Source: an uncultured Candidatus Poseidoniales archaeon (GTDB lineage Archaea > Thermoplasmatota > Poseidoniia > Poseidoniales > Poseidoniaceae). From it: a DNA stretch of 64,000 nt. The notes below the pieces were generated by a model. That model worked only from the letters and a program-made list of their open reading frames with translations. It did no database searches and had not been told where the DNA came from. Positions within the stretch are counted from its first letter, which is position 1. Every line of letters begins with the position of its first letter. Of the stretch, positions 54,955 to 64,000 are shown one piece after another. The stretch lies in assembly GCA_905181715.1 (NCBI GenBank), contig CAJIYT010000004.1, forward strand, positions 75,185-139,184, written 5' to 3'. Made by a program: the position numbers and the translations under genes.

Positions 54955-56115
54955 TCAAGATGATTGTGACAATATATCCAGGTCATCATCACTGTCCTTA
55001 CCCAAGTGTTGCAGAATATTTCCGCAGAGATAAAGTGAACCGATTACAAGTATCAGGTCACAATCTTCTGCTTTGGCGGCTTCGATTGCCTCTGCGGGAT
55101 CTCTAATCCATTCTCCTTGTAAAGGGAATTCACTCAACGGTGGATACCTTCCCCCTTTAGGTTCTGTAAATATTACTCTCTTTGGGTTTTTTTGCTCGAT
55201 TAGTGAGGCGATTGGCTTAAGAAAATTCTCAATATCGTTCTGAGGTGAACTACCGAAAATCAAGAGCCAATTTTCTGGTAATTCTGTGATTAGTTGTGGT
55301 ATGACTTTGGCAATGCCACTTGGATTATGCGCAGCATCGAGTAAAATAGCCGGATTGCCGGTAATCATTTGCATTCTCGCTGGCCAATTTATCGGCCCCT
55401 CCTTCCATGGTAATTTCAATTCGATTAACAATTCCCGTGCTAATGCTTGTGCCTCGTCATGTATGTTTCCGTCTACAGCGATAAAGCGAGCATGGGGCGC
55501 TATTTCGAGGATTGCTTTCTGTATATTTTCTGCAGGCCTTTTGATTATAATCGGAATCCCTGTGCGGGCGATTGCTGCTTTCTCTTTGGCGATCTCTTCG
55601 ATTGTCTCTCCAAGAATATCCGAATGCTCCAGTGAAATTGCAGTGACTAAACAACCGATTACTTCAGCGGCTCTAGTAGCATCTAGACGCCCACCGAGTC
55701 CGGTTTCAAGAATCATGTATTCACAACCACCATCTCTGCAAGCTACGAGTGCTGCCAAGAACGTTATCTCAAAAAAGGTCAACTCCTCGCTTGCAGCATG
55801 AACTATTTTCAGTGCTGAATCAAATCTTTTGGATGAGATTGGTTTGCCATTAATACGAATACGCTCTTCTATCCGTGAAACATGAGGTGAGGTAAACAAG
55901 CCAACTTGATAACCAGAGCGAATCAATGATGCTGCAAGATGGGCACATGTACTTCCTTTACCATTACTGCCTGCAACGTGAATACAACGCAGAGACTTAT
56001 CGGGCCGGTCAAGCGTTTCAAGTGCAGCCATTACCCGCTCAAGACCCAGCGACATTCCCGCTGATTTGCTGTGCTCTAGCCAATCTCTCACAGTCACTGC
56101 AAACAGCCTGTCCAC
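54955..56115 (-). CDS. folC: folylpolyglutamate synthase/dihydrofolate synthase (Mur ligase family)
   Basis: 386 aa. P-loop HVAGSNGKGST and an overall FolC-like layout (LGLERV near the N-terminus). The start may be an internal Met. Confidence 0.85.
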   Translation of the reverse strand: MDRLFAVTVRDWLEHSKSAGMSLGLERVMAALETLDRPDKSLRCIHVAGSNGKGSTCAHLAASLIRSGYQVGLFTSPHVSRIEERIRINGKPISSKRFDSALKIVHAASEELTFFEITFLAALVACRDGGCEYMILETGLGGRLDATRAAEVIGCLVTAISLEHSDILGETIEEIAKEKAAIARTGIPIIIKRPAENIQKAILEIAPHARFIAVDGNIHDEAQALARELLIELKLPWKEGPINWPARMQMITGNPAILLDAAHNPSGIAKVIPQLITELPENWLLIFGSSPQNDIENFLKPIASLIEQKNPKRVIFTEPKGGRYPPLSEFPLQGEWIRDPAEAIEAAKAEDCDLILVIGSLYLCGNILQHLGKDSDDDLDILSQSS

Positions 56116-56174
56116 ATCATCTCATCGGCTTATCATACGATTGCCTCAAAACCCATCAGTCTCTGGACTGCCCT

Positions 56175-58376
56175 ATGGGCAGACCTGAATCCGTTGATGC
56201 TGAAGATGACCTATTGTCAGCAATGCGGGAGATGTTACCGGGCATGATTGGGATGGCATTCATGTTTGTAGTTACCATTATGATTGGTATCTGGTTACTA
56301 CCATTTTTCGAATCTGCTGAATTATATGCATTTGGCGAATCTGGCACTACTCAAGTTCGCTATATCATGCTTGAACTAGTCATGATCTTCATTTTTACTG
56401 CTTTTATCCTTGCCTTAGCCAAATGGAAAAAGGAATGGATAATCAAATATGGATTGATGGCTGTATTATTTCTCGCACTTACCTATACAACGGTCCCAGG
56501 TGCGCATCTATTACTTGTCGATGACACTCAGGAAGTGTTTGAACTTGAAACTAGTAACTCGGTCTCTGGCGAAATAATGACTGCTCTAAGCGAGAATGAG
56601 ATTCTCTTTTACGATATTTCTGGGCCTGAATTAAATCAAACTGTAACCATTGAAATGCGAGATGACCCCACAGGTGAAGCTTCGTGGACTAATGAACACA
56701 GAGTTGAACCAGGTATTGAAACGACTAGGGTTCTTGAGAGTCAGTACGGCTTAACAATGGCAAATCTTGCGTATGTATGGACTGTTGATCCAGATAATGG
56801 TTCGCAGAGAGGTCCGGATTATCACTGCTTTGATTACCAGAGTTTTATCGATAACCCCAATGGGGATATAGAACATGACAATCTAAAGGGAGGTTGCCTC
56901 TATGCGATACAATATGCTGATTCATTTTATATCTTAACTTCAAATAATGATTTGGTAAGAATGAATATTATCGATGCTGAAAATGGAATTTGGAAATATC
57001 AGGCGCGATGGAATCTACCTCCCAATCTCACATTAGGAGATGGTCTCACTCATGTCGAAATGCTCGATGAAGAGCATATCTTAATCGCTGGTTCAAAAGT
57101 AACATTCGTCTACAAACTCGAGATATTCGCTAGCGGTATTGCTGGAGACCCTTTTATCGAAACCGCTGCACAGCCGCTATGGAATATTACACGGGTAAGT
57201 GGTGATAATTTCACTACTATCGACGTCGGTCTTTCACCATATGAAGAAAAAAGAAACCTATCTACTTGGAATGATACTGGCGACCATCTGATTTTAATCG
57301 GCGATGAATCCGGCGACATTGAAGCCTGGAATTGGAAGGCTGAGACCAAGGAAATGGTCGAGGAAGACAGAATGAAACTAGAAGGGGTAATGCAAGGACC
57401 TATCTCTTCAATCAGACTACTAGACCTCGACTCTTCGGGCAGATCTGATGTCTGGATAGCAGACGCTGATGGAATCCATGGTCTATTTGGTACTAATCAA
57501 ATAGAATTTGTTAAATTTACAGCCAATACTTCAGATACAGTATTGATTCACATCCTCACATATGATGAAAATGAGGACAGAGCGGACATTATTCTGATAA
57601 ATGGTGGTACTGAATTAACTGCAGAAATGGGCGAGTTTACCAGTGCAATGTACCTGAAACAGGGATTGGTGCTCGACGGAACTGCAACAATGGTTGGATT
57701 GATTATCGCTATTGTGTTGATGATCTTACTCTACATCCGCCCAGAATGGTATGTTGTCAATACCGTTGGCGTATTGGTTGGAGCGGGAGTTGTTGTAATG
57801 TTAGGAATTACTTTTGTTCCAACTTTAGTAATAATATTCATGGTTCTGGCTGCTATATATGATGCATGGGCGGTTTACAAATCCAAACACATGCTTGATT
57901 TAGCGGATACAATGATTGGACTAAAACTACCAATTCTACTAGTTGCACCACAAGAGAGGGGTTATTCGATGCTTGAAGAGCAGGCCCCAATGCGAGAAAG
58001 AGTTGAACAAGTTGAAAGTCGAGACAACGAAGATGCTACTGAAGCAATTACACCAAAGGAAGGCAGCGCTCCTAATATGGTTTTGAAACCTAAGAAGCGC
58101 CCTAAGGAAGCTATGTTCATGGGTCTTGGTGATGTAATTTTCCCAGGAATGTTGGTGGTTTCTGCAGTGCAGTGGTTACCAAATGATGGATTTTTAGTTG
58201 GAATGATAACTATGCTAGGAGGATTGTGTGGCTACATGGCTTTGATGACTTATGTCGCTCGCGGTAAACCACAAGCAGGCTTACCACTATTGAACGGGGG
58301 CGCTATTTTGGGCTATCTTATCGGTGGTCTGATACTAGTTGGAACCGCTGCATTTGAGTTCGGGATTACATTCTAG
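56175..58376 (+). CDS. presenilin/signal-peptide-peptidase family (A22) intramembrane aspartyl protease with a large extracytoplasmic insertion
   Basis: 733 aa from the ATG at 56175. YD motif (AAIYDAW; codons 57858-57863), GLGD motif (MGLGDVIFPG; 58122-58133), and a PAL-like GLPLLNGG. Three TMs, a ~385-aa soluble insert, then six TMs. Confidence 0.7.
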   Translation: MGRPESVDAEDDLLSAMREMLPGMIGMAFMFVVTIMIGIWLLPFFESAELYAFGESGTTQVRYIMLELVMIFIFTAFILALAKWKKEWIIKYGLMAVLFLALTYTTVPGAHLLLVDDTQEVFELETSNSVSGEIMTALSENEILFYDISGPELNQTVTIEMRDDPTGEASWTNEHRVEPGIETTRVLESQYGLTMANLAYVWTVDPDNGSQRGPDYHCFDYQSFIDNPNGDIEHDNLKGGCLYAIQYADSFYILTSNNDLVRMNIIDAENGIWKYQARWNLPPNLTLGDGLTHVEMLDEEHILIAGSKVTFVYKLEIFASGIAGDPFIETAAQPLWNITRVSGDNFTTIDVGLSPYEEKRNLSTWNDTGDHLILIGDESGDIEAWNWKAETKEMVEEDRMKLEGVMQGPISSIRLLDLDSSGRSDVWIADADGIHGLFGTNQIEFVKFTANTSDTVLIHILTYDENEDRADIILINGGTELTAEMGEFTSAMYLKQGLVLDGTATMVGLIIAIVLMILLYIRPEWYVVNTVGVLVGAGVVVMLGITFVPTLVIIFMVLAAIYDAWAVYKSKHMLDLADTMIGLKLPILLVAPQERGYSMLEEQAPMRERVEQVESRDNEDATEAITPKEGSAPNMVLKPKKRPKEAMFMGLGDVIFPGMLVVSAVQWLPNDGFLVGMITMLGGLCGYMALMTYVARGKPQAGLPLLNGGAILGYLIGGLILVGTAAFEFGITF

Positions 58377-58384
58377 GTGATGAA

Positions 58385-59671
58385 ATGCTAGATATTGAGC
58401 TCTTCCGTGAAAATACTGCCAACCTGATTCGTGCAGATCATGATAAGCGTGGAATATCTCATGACAAAATCGATCGAGTTATCAGTCTTGACAATGAATG
58501 GAAAAATGCTCTGCAAAAGATGGAATTAGCACGTCGTGAGCGAAATGAGGCTGCCCGTAATATCTCAGAAGCAAAGAAATCTGGTGATGCTGAAAGAGCG
58601 GATAAAATAATGCTTGAAGTCAAGAATATCGGTACTGCTATTAGTGAACTAGATAATCAAGCCAATAATCTTCTTGAACAGAGAGATGCAATTCGGATGA
58701 CAATTCCCAATATCTTGCACGATGCTGTACCAGTGGGTGCAGACGAAGGCGGGAATACCGTTCATTCACTTCATGGAAGCAAACAAGAATATGACTTCGA
58801 TGTCCGCACTCACAATGAATTAATCGAGATGAATAATTGGGTTGAACTAGAAAGAGCAGCAAAAATTGCTGGTAGTCGTTTCTTCTTTCTCAAGGGTGAC
58901 TTGGCAAGACTAGAATTAGCCTTACAACAACATACAATCGACCTTTTGACCGGTAAGGGCTTCACTTTTGTTCAACCGCCGGCTATGATGAATCGTGCAG
59001 CCTACGAGGGTGTAACCGATTTAGCGGATTTTGAAATGGTAATGTATGGGGTTGAACCCGATAAACTCTACATGATTGCAACCTCAGAACACCCATTGAC
59101 TGCGATGTTCATGGACGAGGTTATCGAACCATCATTATTGCCGATTAAGATGGTAGGCATCTCACAGTGTTTCAGGCGGGAAGTCGGTGCTCATGGTTTG
59201 TCTGACCGCGGTATCTGGCGAGTTCACCAGTTCACCAAAATCGAACAGATAATTCTCTCTCATCCTGATGATTCTTGGCAACATCATGAAGAATTATTGC
59301 AAAATTGTATCGAACTTTGGGATTCACTTGAGATTCACTATGAAGTTGTCAATATCTGTACTGGTGATATGGGAACTGTGGCTGCCAGAAAGTATGACTT
59401 AGAAGCGTGGTTACCTGGTGCTGGATCTTACAAGGAAGTCGTATCATGCTCAAATTGTACCGATTATCAGGCAAATCGGTTACGTATGCGCTACAGAACC
59501 TCAGAGGGTAACGAAAGTGTTCACACCCTAAATTCAACCGCTGTTGCAACTAGCAGGGCTTTAGTTGCCATAATGGAACAGAATCAACTCGCTGATGGTC
59601 GCGTGGAAATTCCCAAGGTCTTACAACCTTTCATGGGTGGTCAAACTACCCTAGAACCCTGTCAGTGGTGA
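58385..59671 (+). CDS. serS: seryl-tRNA synthetase
   Basis: 428 aa. N-terminal coiled-coil arm (MLDIELFREN...) and class II core motifs (FRRE..., GDMG..., NSTAVATSR). Confidence 0.95.
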   Translation: MLDIELFRENTANLIRADHDKRGISHDKIDRVISLDNEWKNALQKMELARRERNEAARNISEAKKSGDAERADKIMLEVKNIGTAISELDNQANNLLEQRDAIRMTIPNILHDAVPVGADEGGNTVHSLHGSKQEYDFDVRTHNELIEMNNWVELERAAKIAGSRFFFLKGDLARLELALQQHTIDLLTGKGFTFVQPPAMMNRAAYEGVTDLADFEMVMYGVEPDKLYMIATSEHPLTAMFMDEVIEPSLLPIKMVGISQCFRREVGAHGLSDRGIWRVHQFTKIEQIILSHPDDSWQHHEELLQNCIELWDSLEIHYEVVNICTGDMGTVAARKYDLEAWLPGAGSYKEVVSCSNCTDYQANRLRMRYRTSEGNESVHTLNSTAVATSRALVAIMEQNQLADGRVEIPKVLQPFMGGQTTLEPCQW

Positions 59672-59673
59672 AA

Positions 59674-60123
59674 TTACTCGGTTTGTAAATCGAGTAATAG
59701 TGCTCCGCCGGTTACTTGATCACCAGTATTGAAGTGAATTGCGGTGATTTCACCGTCTTTTGGTGCCAAAATCCGATGTTCCATCTTCATCGCTTCCAAT
59801 ACCAATAATGCTTGACCTTCGGTTACATTCTGTCCTGTTTTAACCAATACTTCGAGCACCTTACCCGGCATTGGTGCAGTTAATCCACCGCCTGAATCCG
59901 ATGCTGTAAATCCGGCCTCAACTATATCGAGACGAATTGTATGACCGGCGAAGTGCACCCACCATGCATCCTTGCTGAGAGCGACATGAGCCTGTTGTCT
60001 CCTGCCATCGATAGTTATCCAAACCGTATTATCGACTTCAGCAACCATATTACCGAGAATAAATAATTGCCCATCACGAGTGATGGTACCAGAAAGATCC
60101 TCTCCAAGATAACTTAATTCCAT
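59674..60123 (-). CDS. biotin carboxyl carrier (biotinyl-domain) protein, split C-terminal part of an acyl-CoA carboxylase alpha subunit
   Basis: 149 aa. Biotinylation motif EAMKMEH. Its start overlaps the biotin carboxylase stop (TGATG). Confidence 0.8.
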   Translation of the reverse strand: MELSYLGEDLSGTITRDGQLFILGNMVAEVDNTVWITIDGRRQQAHVALSKDAWWVHFAGHTIRLDIVEAGFTASDSGGGLTAPMPGKVLEVLVKTGQNVTEGQALLVLEAMKMEHRILAPKDGEITAIHFNTGDQVTGGALLLDLQTE

Positions 60124-61616
60124 CAGGGGTACCTCCTAGATAATGTTGCAAATGGTGTTTCTAATTCACTGCTATTGCCAATTATCGATTGTTTACCTTT
60201 GCGACCGTAACCACTTGCCTCTGCTGCGTTCGCAGCTAGATATGCTACTTCGAGAATTCTTCCAGTCATATCAGGAGTCCAACCATCGGGCCATAAACGC
60301 TCAATCATATCGGTAGTGGTCCAACCATCTATCACATCAGGATGGTCGCAGAGTTCTCGTAAGAATCGGATATTGGTGGTACAACCGAGAATGACGAATT
60401 CGTCTAGTGCTCGAGCAAGCCTCTGTAATGCTTCTTGGCGTGATGGTGCCCAAACGATTAATTTAGCCAGCATGGGATCATAATCAGGTGTTACCGCATC
60501 TCCTTGACGTACACCGGTATCGAGTCTGATTCCAGGGCCTTGAGGTGCAATAAAAGTCAGTAAATCTCCTATTGCAGGCAGAAAATTATTGCTTGGGTCT
60601 TCAGCATAAAGCCTCACTTCAATAGCATGACCACGCATTTGTAATTCCTCACAACTCATCTCCTCTCCAGCAGCAATACGCAGTTGTTCCCTGACCAAAT
60701 CAACTCCAGTGACCAATTCGGTAACCGGGTGCTCAACTTGTATTCTGGTGTTCATTTCAAGAAAGAAAAACTCCCCTTGAGGAGTTAGTAAGAATTCCAC
60801 TGTTCCTGCACCGACAAAGGATACTGCCTCTGCTGCAGCAATTGCTGCATCTCCCATCTGCTGGCGTAAATCTGGTTCTAATGCTACACTTGGCGACTCT
60901 TCAAACACCTTTTGATGGCGTCTTTGAATCGAACATTCCCTCTCGCCGAGATGAATTGTATTACCATGGCTATCGGCAAGAATCTGAATCTCAATGTGTC
61001 TGCTGCCTGACAATAACCTTTCGACATAAACCCGATCATCACCAAATGAATTCAATGCCTCACGCATTGCACCTTCGGCTGCTTCACGCACATCTTCAGG
61101 AGAATGAACCGCACGCATCCCTTTACCACCACCTCCGGCGCTGGCTTTGAGCAATAATGGATAGCCAACCTTTGCCGCAGCAGCGATTATCTCTTCGATT
61201 CCTCCTTCGACCTCTTCGCCAGGTATTACCGGAACCTCTGCTGCTCTCATGGTCCTTCTAGCAGTCATCTTATCGCCCATCTCAATAATGGCTTGAGGTG
61301 AAGGGCCAATCCAAATCAAATCAGATTCGATTACGGCTGTCGCAAATTCAGCACGCTCTGAGAGAAAGCCGTAACCAGGGTGTATTGAATCGGCTTCTAC
61401 ATCTTTGGCGATAGTGATGATTTGCTCACTATTAAGATAGGTTTCAGCGATGGTATTACCTTCCAATTCAACCACAATATCAGCGAGTTCTGTAAATAAT
61501 GCACCAGAATCATTGGCAGCATGTATTGCTACCGATTCGATACCTGCTTCTTTGCATGCTCTGATAATTCGACAGGCAATCTCACCGCGATTCGCGATGA
61601 GAACCCGTTTCAACAT
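60123..61616 (-). CDS. biotin carboxylase subunit of an acyl-CoA (probably 3-methylcrotonyl-CoA) carboxylase
   Basis: 497 aa. MLKRVLIANRGEIACRIIRA start, ATP-grasp Gly-rich loop KASAGGGGKGMR, and EMNTRIQVEHPVTE. Confidence 0.9.
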   Translation of the reverse strand: MLKRVLIANRGEIACRIIRACKEAGIESVAIHAANDSGALFTELADIVVELEGNTIAETYLNSEQIITIAKDVEADSIHPGYGFLSERAEFATAVIESDLIWIGPSPQAIIEMGDKMTARRTMRAAEVPVIPGEEVEGGIEEIIAAAAKVGYPLLLKASAGGGGKGMRAVHSPEDVREAAEGAMREALNSFGDDRVYVERLLSGSRHIEIQILADSHGNTIHLGERECSIQRRHQKVFEESPSVALEPDLRQQMGDAAIAAAEAVSFVGAGTVEFLLTPQGEFFFLEMNTRIQVEHPVTELVTGVDLVREQLRIAAGEEMSCEELQMRGHAIEVRLYAEDPSNNFLPAIGDLLTFIAPQGPGIRLDTGVRQGDAVTPDYDPMLAKLIVWAPSRQEALQRLARALDEFVILGCTTNIRFLRELCDHPDVIDGWTTTDMIERLWPDGWTPDMTGRILEVAYLAANAAEASGYGRKGKQSIIGNSSELETPFATLSRRYP

Positions 61617-61620
61617 CAGA

Positions 61621-62463
61621 TCACTCCTGGGGTTTCCAATCAGCAGGGCGCTTTTCTAGGAAGGAAGAGAGTCCTTCTTGTCCTTCGACACTTGAACGCA
61701 TTCGACTAGTGAAATCAAGTGTCCATTCGCGGAATTCCTCATCACTGCCGCTCCAACGGTCAAACCCTAGAGTCAATTCCTTGGCTGCAGCAACTGCAGA
61801 TGGCCCTGTCGAAAGTACTTCGGAGATAATCGCGACTGAATCGCTTTGTTCCGACTCGCTAACTGCATCGATCATTCCAATTCTCAACGCTTCCGCTGCA
61901 TCCATTCTTCCAGCAAGCATTGCATGCCTGCGGAAATTTGCACTACCTATTCTTCGATATACATACGGTCCTATTACAGCAGGGAGGATTCCAAGTTTTC
62001 CTTCCGATAGTGCAATCTTGGCATGAGGATTACAAATCACATGATCGAGACATGCTATCAAGCCAGCGCCTCCTCCTAACGCAACTCCTTGAATTAATCC
62101 AATAGTGAAACAAGGGTGAGACCATAAGGAATTGAATAATCGGTCTAAGCGCTTTGAATCAGCCCTATTCTCCTCCGCAGATTGAGCGCCTGCATCTCGC
62201 ATCATGTTGATGTCTGCACCAGCACAGAAGTGCTTTCCATCACCTTTTAGAATCAATATACGAAGGTTTTCAGCACCATTTTCAGCCAATGAACCCTTTA
62301 CTGCGACCGAGTTGTTAGCTGTCCATTCGAATACGGCAATTAATTCGTTTATCATTTGCACGTTGAGTGCATTATATTTGTCAGCACGATTAAGAATAAT
62401 TTCACAACACGGACCATCGATCTCCAATCTAATGAGTTCTGTCTCTGGTCTATCTTGCATCAT
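61621..62463 (-). CDS. enoyl-CoA hydratase/isomerase (crotonase) family, probably methylglutaconyl-CoA hydratase
   Basis: ~280 aa from the ATG at 62463, which lies directly after the upstream stop. Crotonase oxyanion region FCAGADI and GGGAGL. The function is inferred from context. Confidence 0.75.
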   Translation of the reverse strand: MMQDRPETELIRLEIDGPCCEIILNRADKYNALNVQMINELIAVFEWTANNSVAVKGSLAENGAENLRILILKGDGKHFCAGADINMMRDAGAQSAEENRADSKRLDRLFNSLWSHPCFTIGLIQGVALGGGAGLIACLDHVICNPHAKIALSEGKLGILPAVIGPYVYRRIGSANFRRHAMLAGRMDAAEALRIGMIDAVSESEQSDSVAIISEVLSTGPSAVAAAKELTLGFDRWSGSDEEFREWTLDFTSRMRSSVEGQEGLSSFLEKRPADWKPQE

Positions 62464-62464
62464 T

Positions 62465-64000
62465 TCACATCCTGAATACGCCATATTTACTCTCTGGCAT
62501 CTTAGCATTCCTACTTGCTGCTATTGCCAAACCCAGTACATCTCGTGTATCGCGTGGGTCGATTATACCATCGTCCCAAAGACGTGCTGTGGAATAGTAA
62601 GGTGAGCCTTCAACTTCGTATTTTTCAAGAATTGGGGCTCTAAATGCATTCAATTCATCCTCTTCGAAGGCATCGAGGCCTTCTCGTGCGCGTTGATCTT
62701 GCTTGACGGTTGCCAATACATCAGCCGCCTGTGGACCACCCATCACTGAGATTCTAGAATTAGGCCACATAAAGAGGAAGCGTGGGTCGTATGCTCTACC
62801 ACACATTCCGTAATTACCAGCACCGTGACTCCCACCGATGATAACAGTAAACTTAGGCACAGGAACACAGGAGACAGCGGTTACCAATTTTGCTCCATCC
62901 TTGGCAATTCCCCTTGCTTCATACTCCTTACCGACCATGAAGCCAGTAATATTCTGCAAGAAGACCAGAGGTATTCCTCTTTGCCCACAGATTTCGACAA
63001 AATGTGCACCTTTTAGCGATGATTCGCTGAATAGAATACCGTTATTGGCCAGAATACCAACTTTGTAGCCATGTATATTGGCAAATCCACAAATCAATGT
63101 TGTACCATAACGTGGTTTGAATTCATGAAAGCGACTGCCGTCGACAATTCTAGCAATGATTTCTCGCACGTCGATAGGGGTGCGATTATCTAGTGGAATG
63201 AGACTCAATAATTCCTCAGAATTGTAATATGGCTCCTCTGGTTGCTCTCTTGCGAAATCCGCTAGTTGCCTTACTCCGATGTTTTCAACAATATTACGAA
63301 CCATTCTCAATGCTTCTTCCTCGTTTTCTGCGAAATGATCGGCTACGCCACTCTTCGAAGTATGAACATCAGCTCCGCCGAGGTCTTCAGCACTGACCTC
63401 TTCGCCAGTCGCCGCTTTTACCAGTGGAGGACCTGCGAGGAAGATTGTTCCATTACCCTTGACGATGACCGTCTCATCACTCATTGCCGGGACATAGGCG
63501 CCACCTGCTGTGCATGAACCAAGAACTGCAGCGATTTGCGGTATACCGTCGCCACTCATCATAGCCTGGTTGCGAAAGATTCGACCAAAATGAGTGACGT
63601 CTGGAAAAACCTCGTCTTGCATTGGTAAGAATGCCCCTCCTGAGTCTACAAGATAGATACAAGGAAGGTTATTCTCATGGGCTATTGTCTGAGCTCTGAT
63701 GTGTTTCTTTACAGTCATTGGATAATAAGAGCCACCTTTTACAGTAGCATCGTTAGCGACGAATAAACATTCACGGCCATGAACCATACCAACGCCGGTA
63801 ATCACACCAGCAGAGTGTGCTCGACCGTCGTAAAGATCCCATGCAGCCAGAGTACTCAATTCTAGAAAAGCAGTCCCTGGGTCGATAATACGCTCTATTC
63901 TCTCACGTGCTAACATTTTATCACGGCTGCGATGTCTTTCGACATAACGCCCGCCACCGCCCTCAGAAACCTGAGAAATACGTTCTCGAAGGGTTTTGAT
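62465..64000 (-). CDS. acyl-CoA carboxylase carboxyltransferase (beta) subunit, probably methylcrotonyl-CoA carboxylase beta; 5'-truncated by the window edge
   Basis: The frame stays open from 63916 to nt 64000 ([35 protein letters not shown]...), so the N-terminus lies outside the window. Typical carboxyltransferase blocks are present: GGSYYPMT and [11 protein letters not shown]. Confidence 0.9.
   Translation of the reverse strand: MKTLRERISQVSEGGGGRYVERHRSRDKMLARERIERIIDPGTAFLELSTLAAWDLYDGRAHSAGVITGVGMVHGRECLFVANDATVKGGSYYPMTVKKHIRAQTIAHENNLPCIYLVDSGGAFLPMQDEVFPDVTHFGRIFRNQAMMSGDGIPQIAAVLGSCTAGGAYVPAMSDETVIVKGNGTIFLAGPPLVKAATGEEVSAEDLGGADVHTSKSGVADHFAENEEEALRMVRNIVENIGVRQLADFAREQPEEPYYNSEELLSLIPLDNRTPIDVREIIARIVDGSRFHEFKPRYGTTLICGFANIHGYKVGILANNGILFSESSLKGAHFVEICGQRGIPLVFLQNITGFMVGKEYEARGIAKDGAKLVTAVSCVPVPKFTVIIGGSHGAGNYGMCGRAYDPRFLFMWPNSRISVMGGPQAADVLATVKQDQRAREGLDAFEEDELNAFRAPILEKYEVEGSPYYSTARLWDDGIIDPRDTRDVLGLAIAASRNAKMPESKYGVFRM

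Noticed and set aside
55926-56174. N-terminal 83 codons of the 816-aa ORF containing the presenilin-like gene
   Set aside because: This part is antisense to the 5' region of folC and has non-protein-like composition. The ATG at 56175 gives a start just before the first TM helix.
1-64000. Window-wide scan for rRNA, tRNA, CRISPR repeats, IS elements, integrases, toxin-antitoxin pairs and known defence genes
   Set aside because: No intergenic region is long enough or shows cloverleaf/T-arm (GGTTCGAATCC-like) signatures, regularly spaced direct repeats, inverted terminal repeats, or transposase, integrase or reverse-transcriptase motifs. This absence is based on visual inspection only and should be confirmed with tRNAscan-SE, Infernal, minced and ISEScan.

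Overview
The window is densely coding, with about 50 protein genes on both strands. I found no rRNA, tRNA, CRISPR array, transposase or integrase. The gene content points to an archaeon. Archaeal markers are Hjc resolvase, Cdc48/VCP, chromatin protein MC1, a Sec11-type signal peptidase, a presenilin-type A22 protease, a TtuA/NcsA thiolase and fused-operon pyrBI. The metabolism looks bacterial-like (sdhCAB, a methylcrotonyl-CoA carboxylase cluster, an RsuA-family pseudouridine synthase), and there are several giant surface proteins rich in N-glycosylation sequons. From this I infer a marine planktonic Thermoplasmatota (MGII/Poseidoniales-like) genome, but I cannot verify that here. Housekeeping blocks: pyrB-pyrI (4.7-6.2 kb), cdc48 (15.5-17.7 kb), aldehyde dehydrogenase plus sdhCAB (17.8-23.0 kb), Lhr helicase (49.4-52.4 kb), dCMP deaminase/folC/serS (54.5-59.7 kb), and a leucine-catabolism-like carboxylase cluster that runs off the right edge (59.7-64.0 kb). 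An accessory-looking stretch at 23-32 kb carries cupin, MOSC, a large PIN protein, DUF2892, Rieske, SDR, an ABC exporter and GNAT genes. The most unusual candidates are five. (1) A Roadblock/LC7 gene tightly coupled to a 1043-aa Roadblock + coiled-coil giant and a small 2-TM ORF, with no GTPase partner (7.35-11.05 kb). (2) A DUF4350-DUF58-polytopic membrane operon lacking its usual MoxR ATPase, sitting directly downstream of cdc48 and a PRC-barrel gene (11.0-17.7 kb). (3) A presenilin-family protease interrupted by a ~385-aa extracytoplasmic insertion (56.2-58.4 kb). (4) A 1742-aa surface protein with PA14 and LamG domains and a Trp-rich cytoplasmic tail, immediately followed by a stand-alone Lrp/AsnC RAM-domain gene (33.2-38.6 kb). 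(5) A nuclease/ADP-ribose trio: macrodomain, RuvX-like RNase-H-fold protein and an extended Hjc (38.7-40.8 kb). All functional calls come from motif recognition by eye on the supplied translations. No database searches were run.
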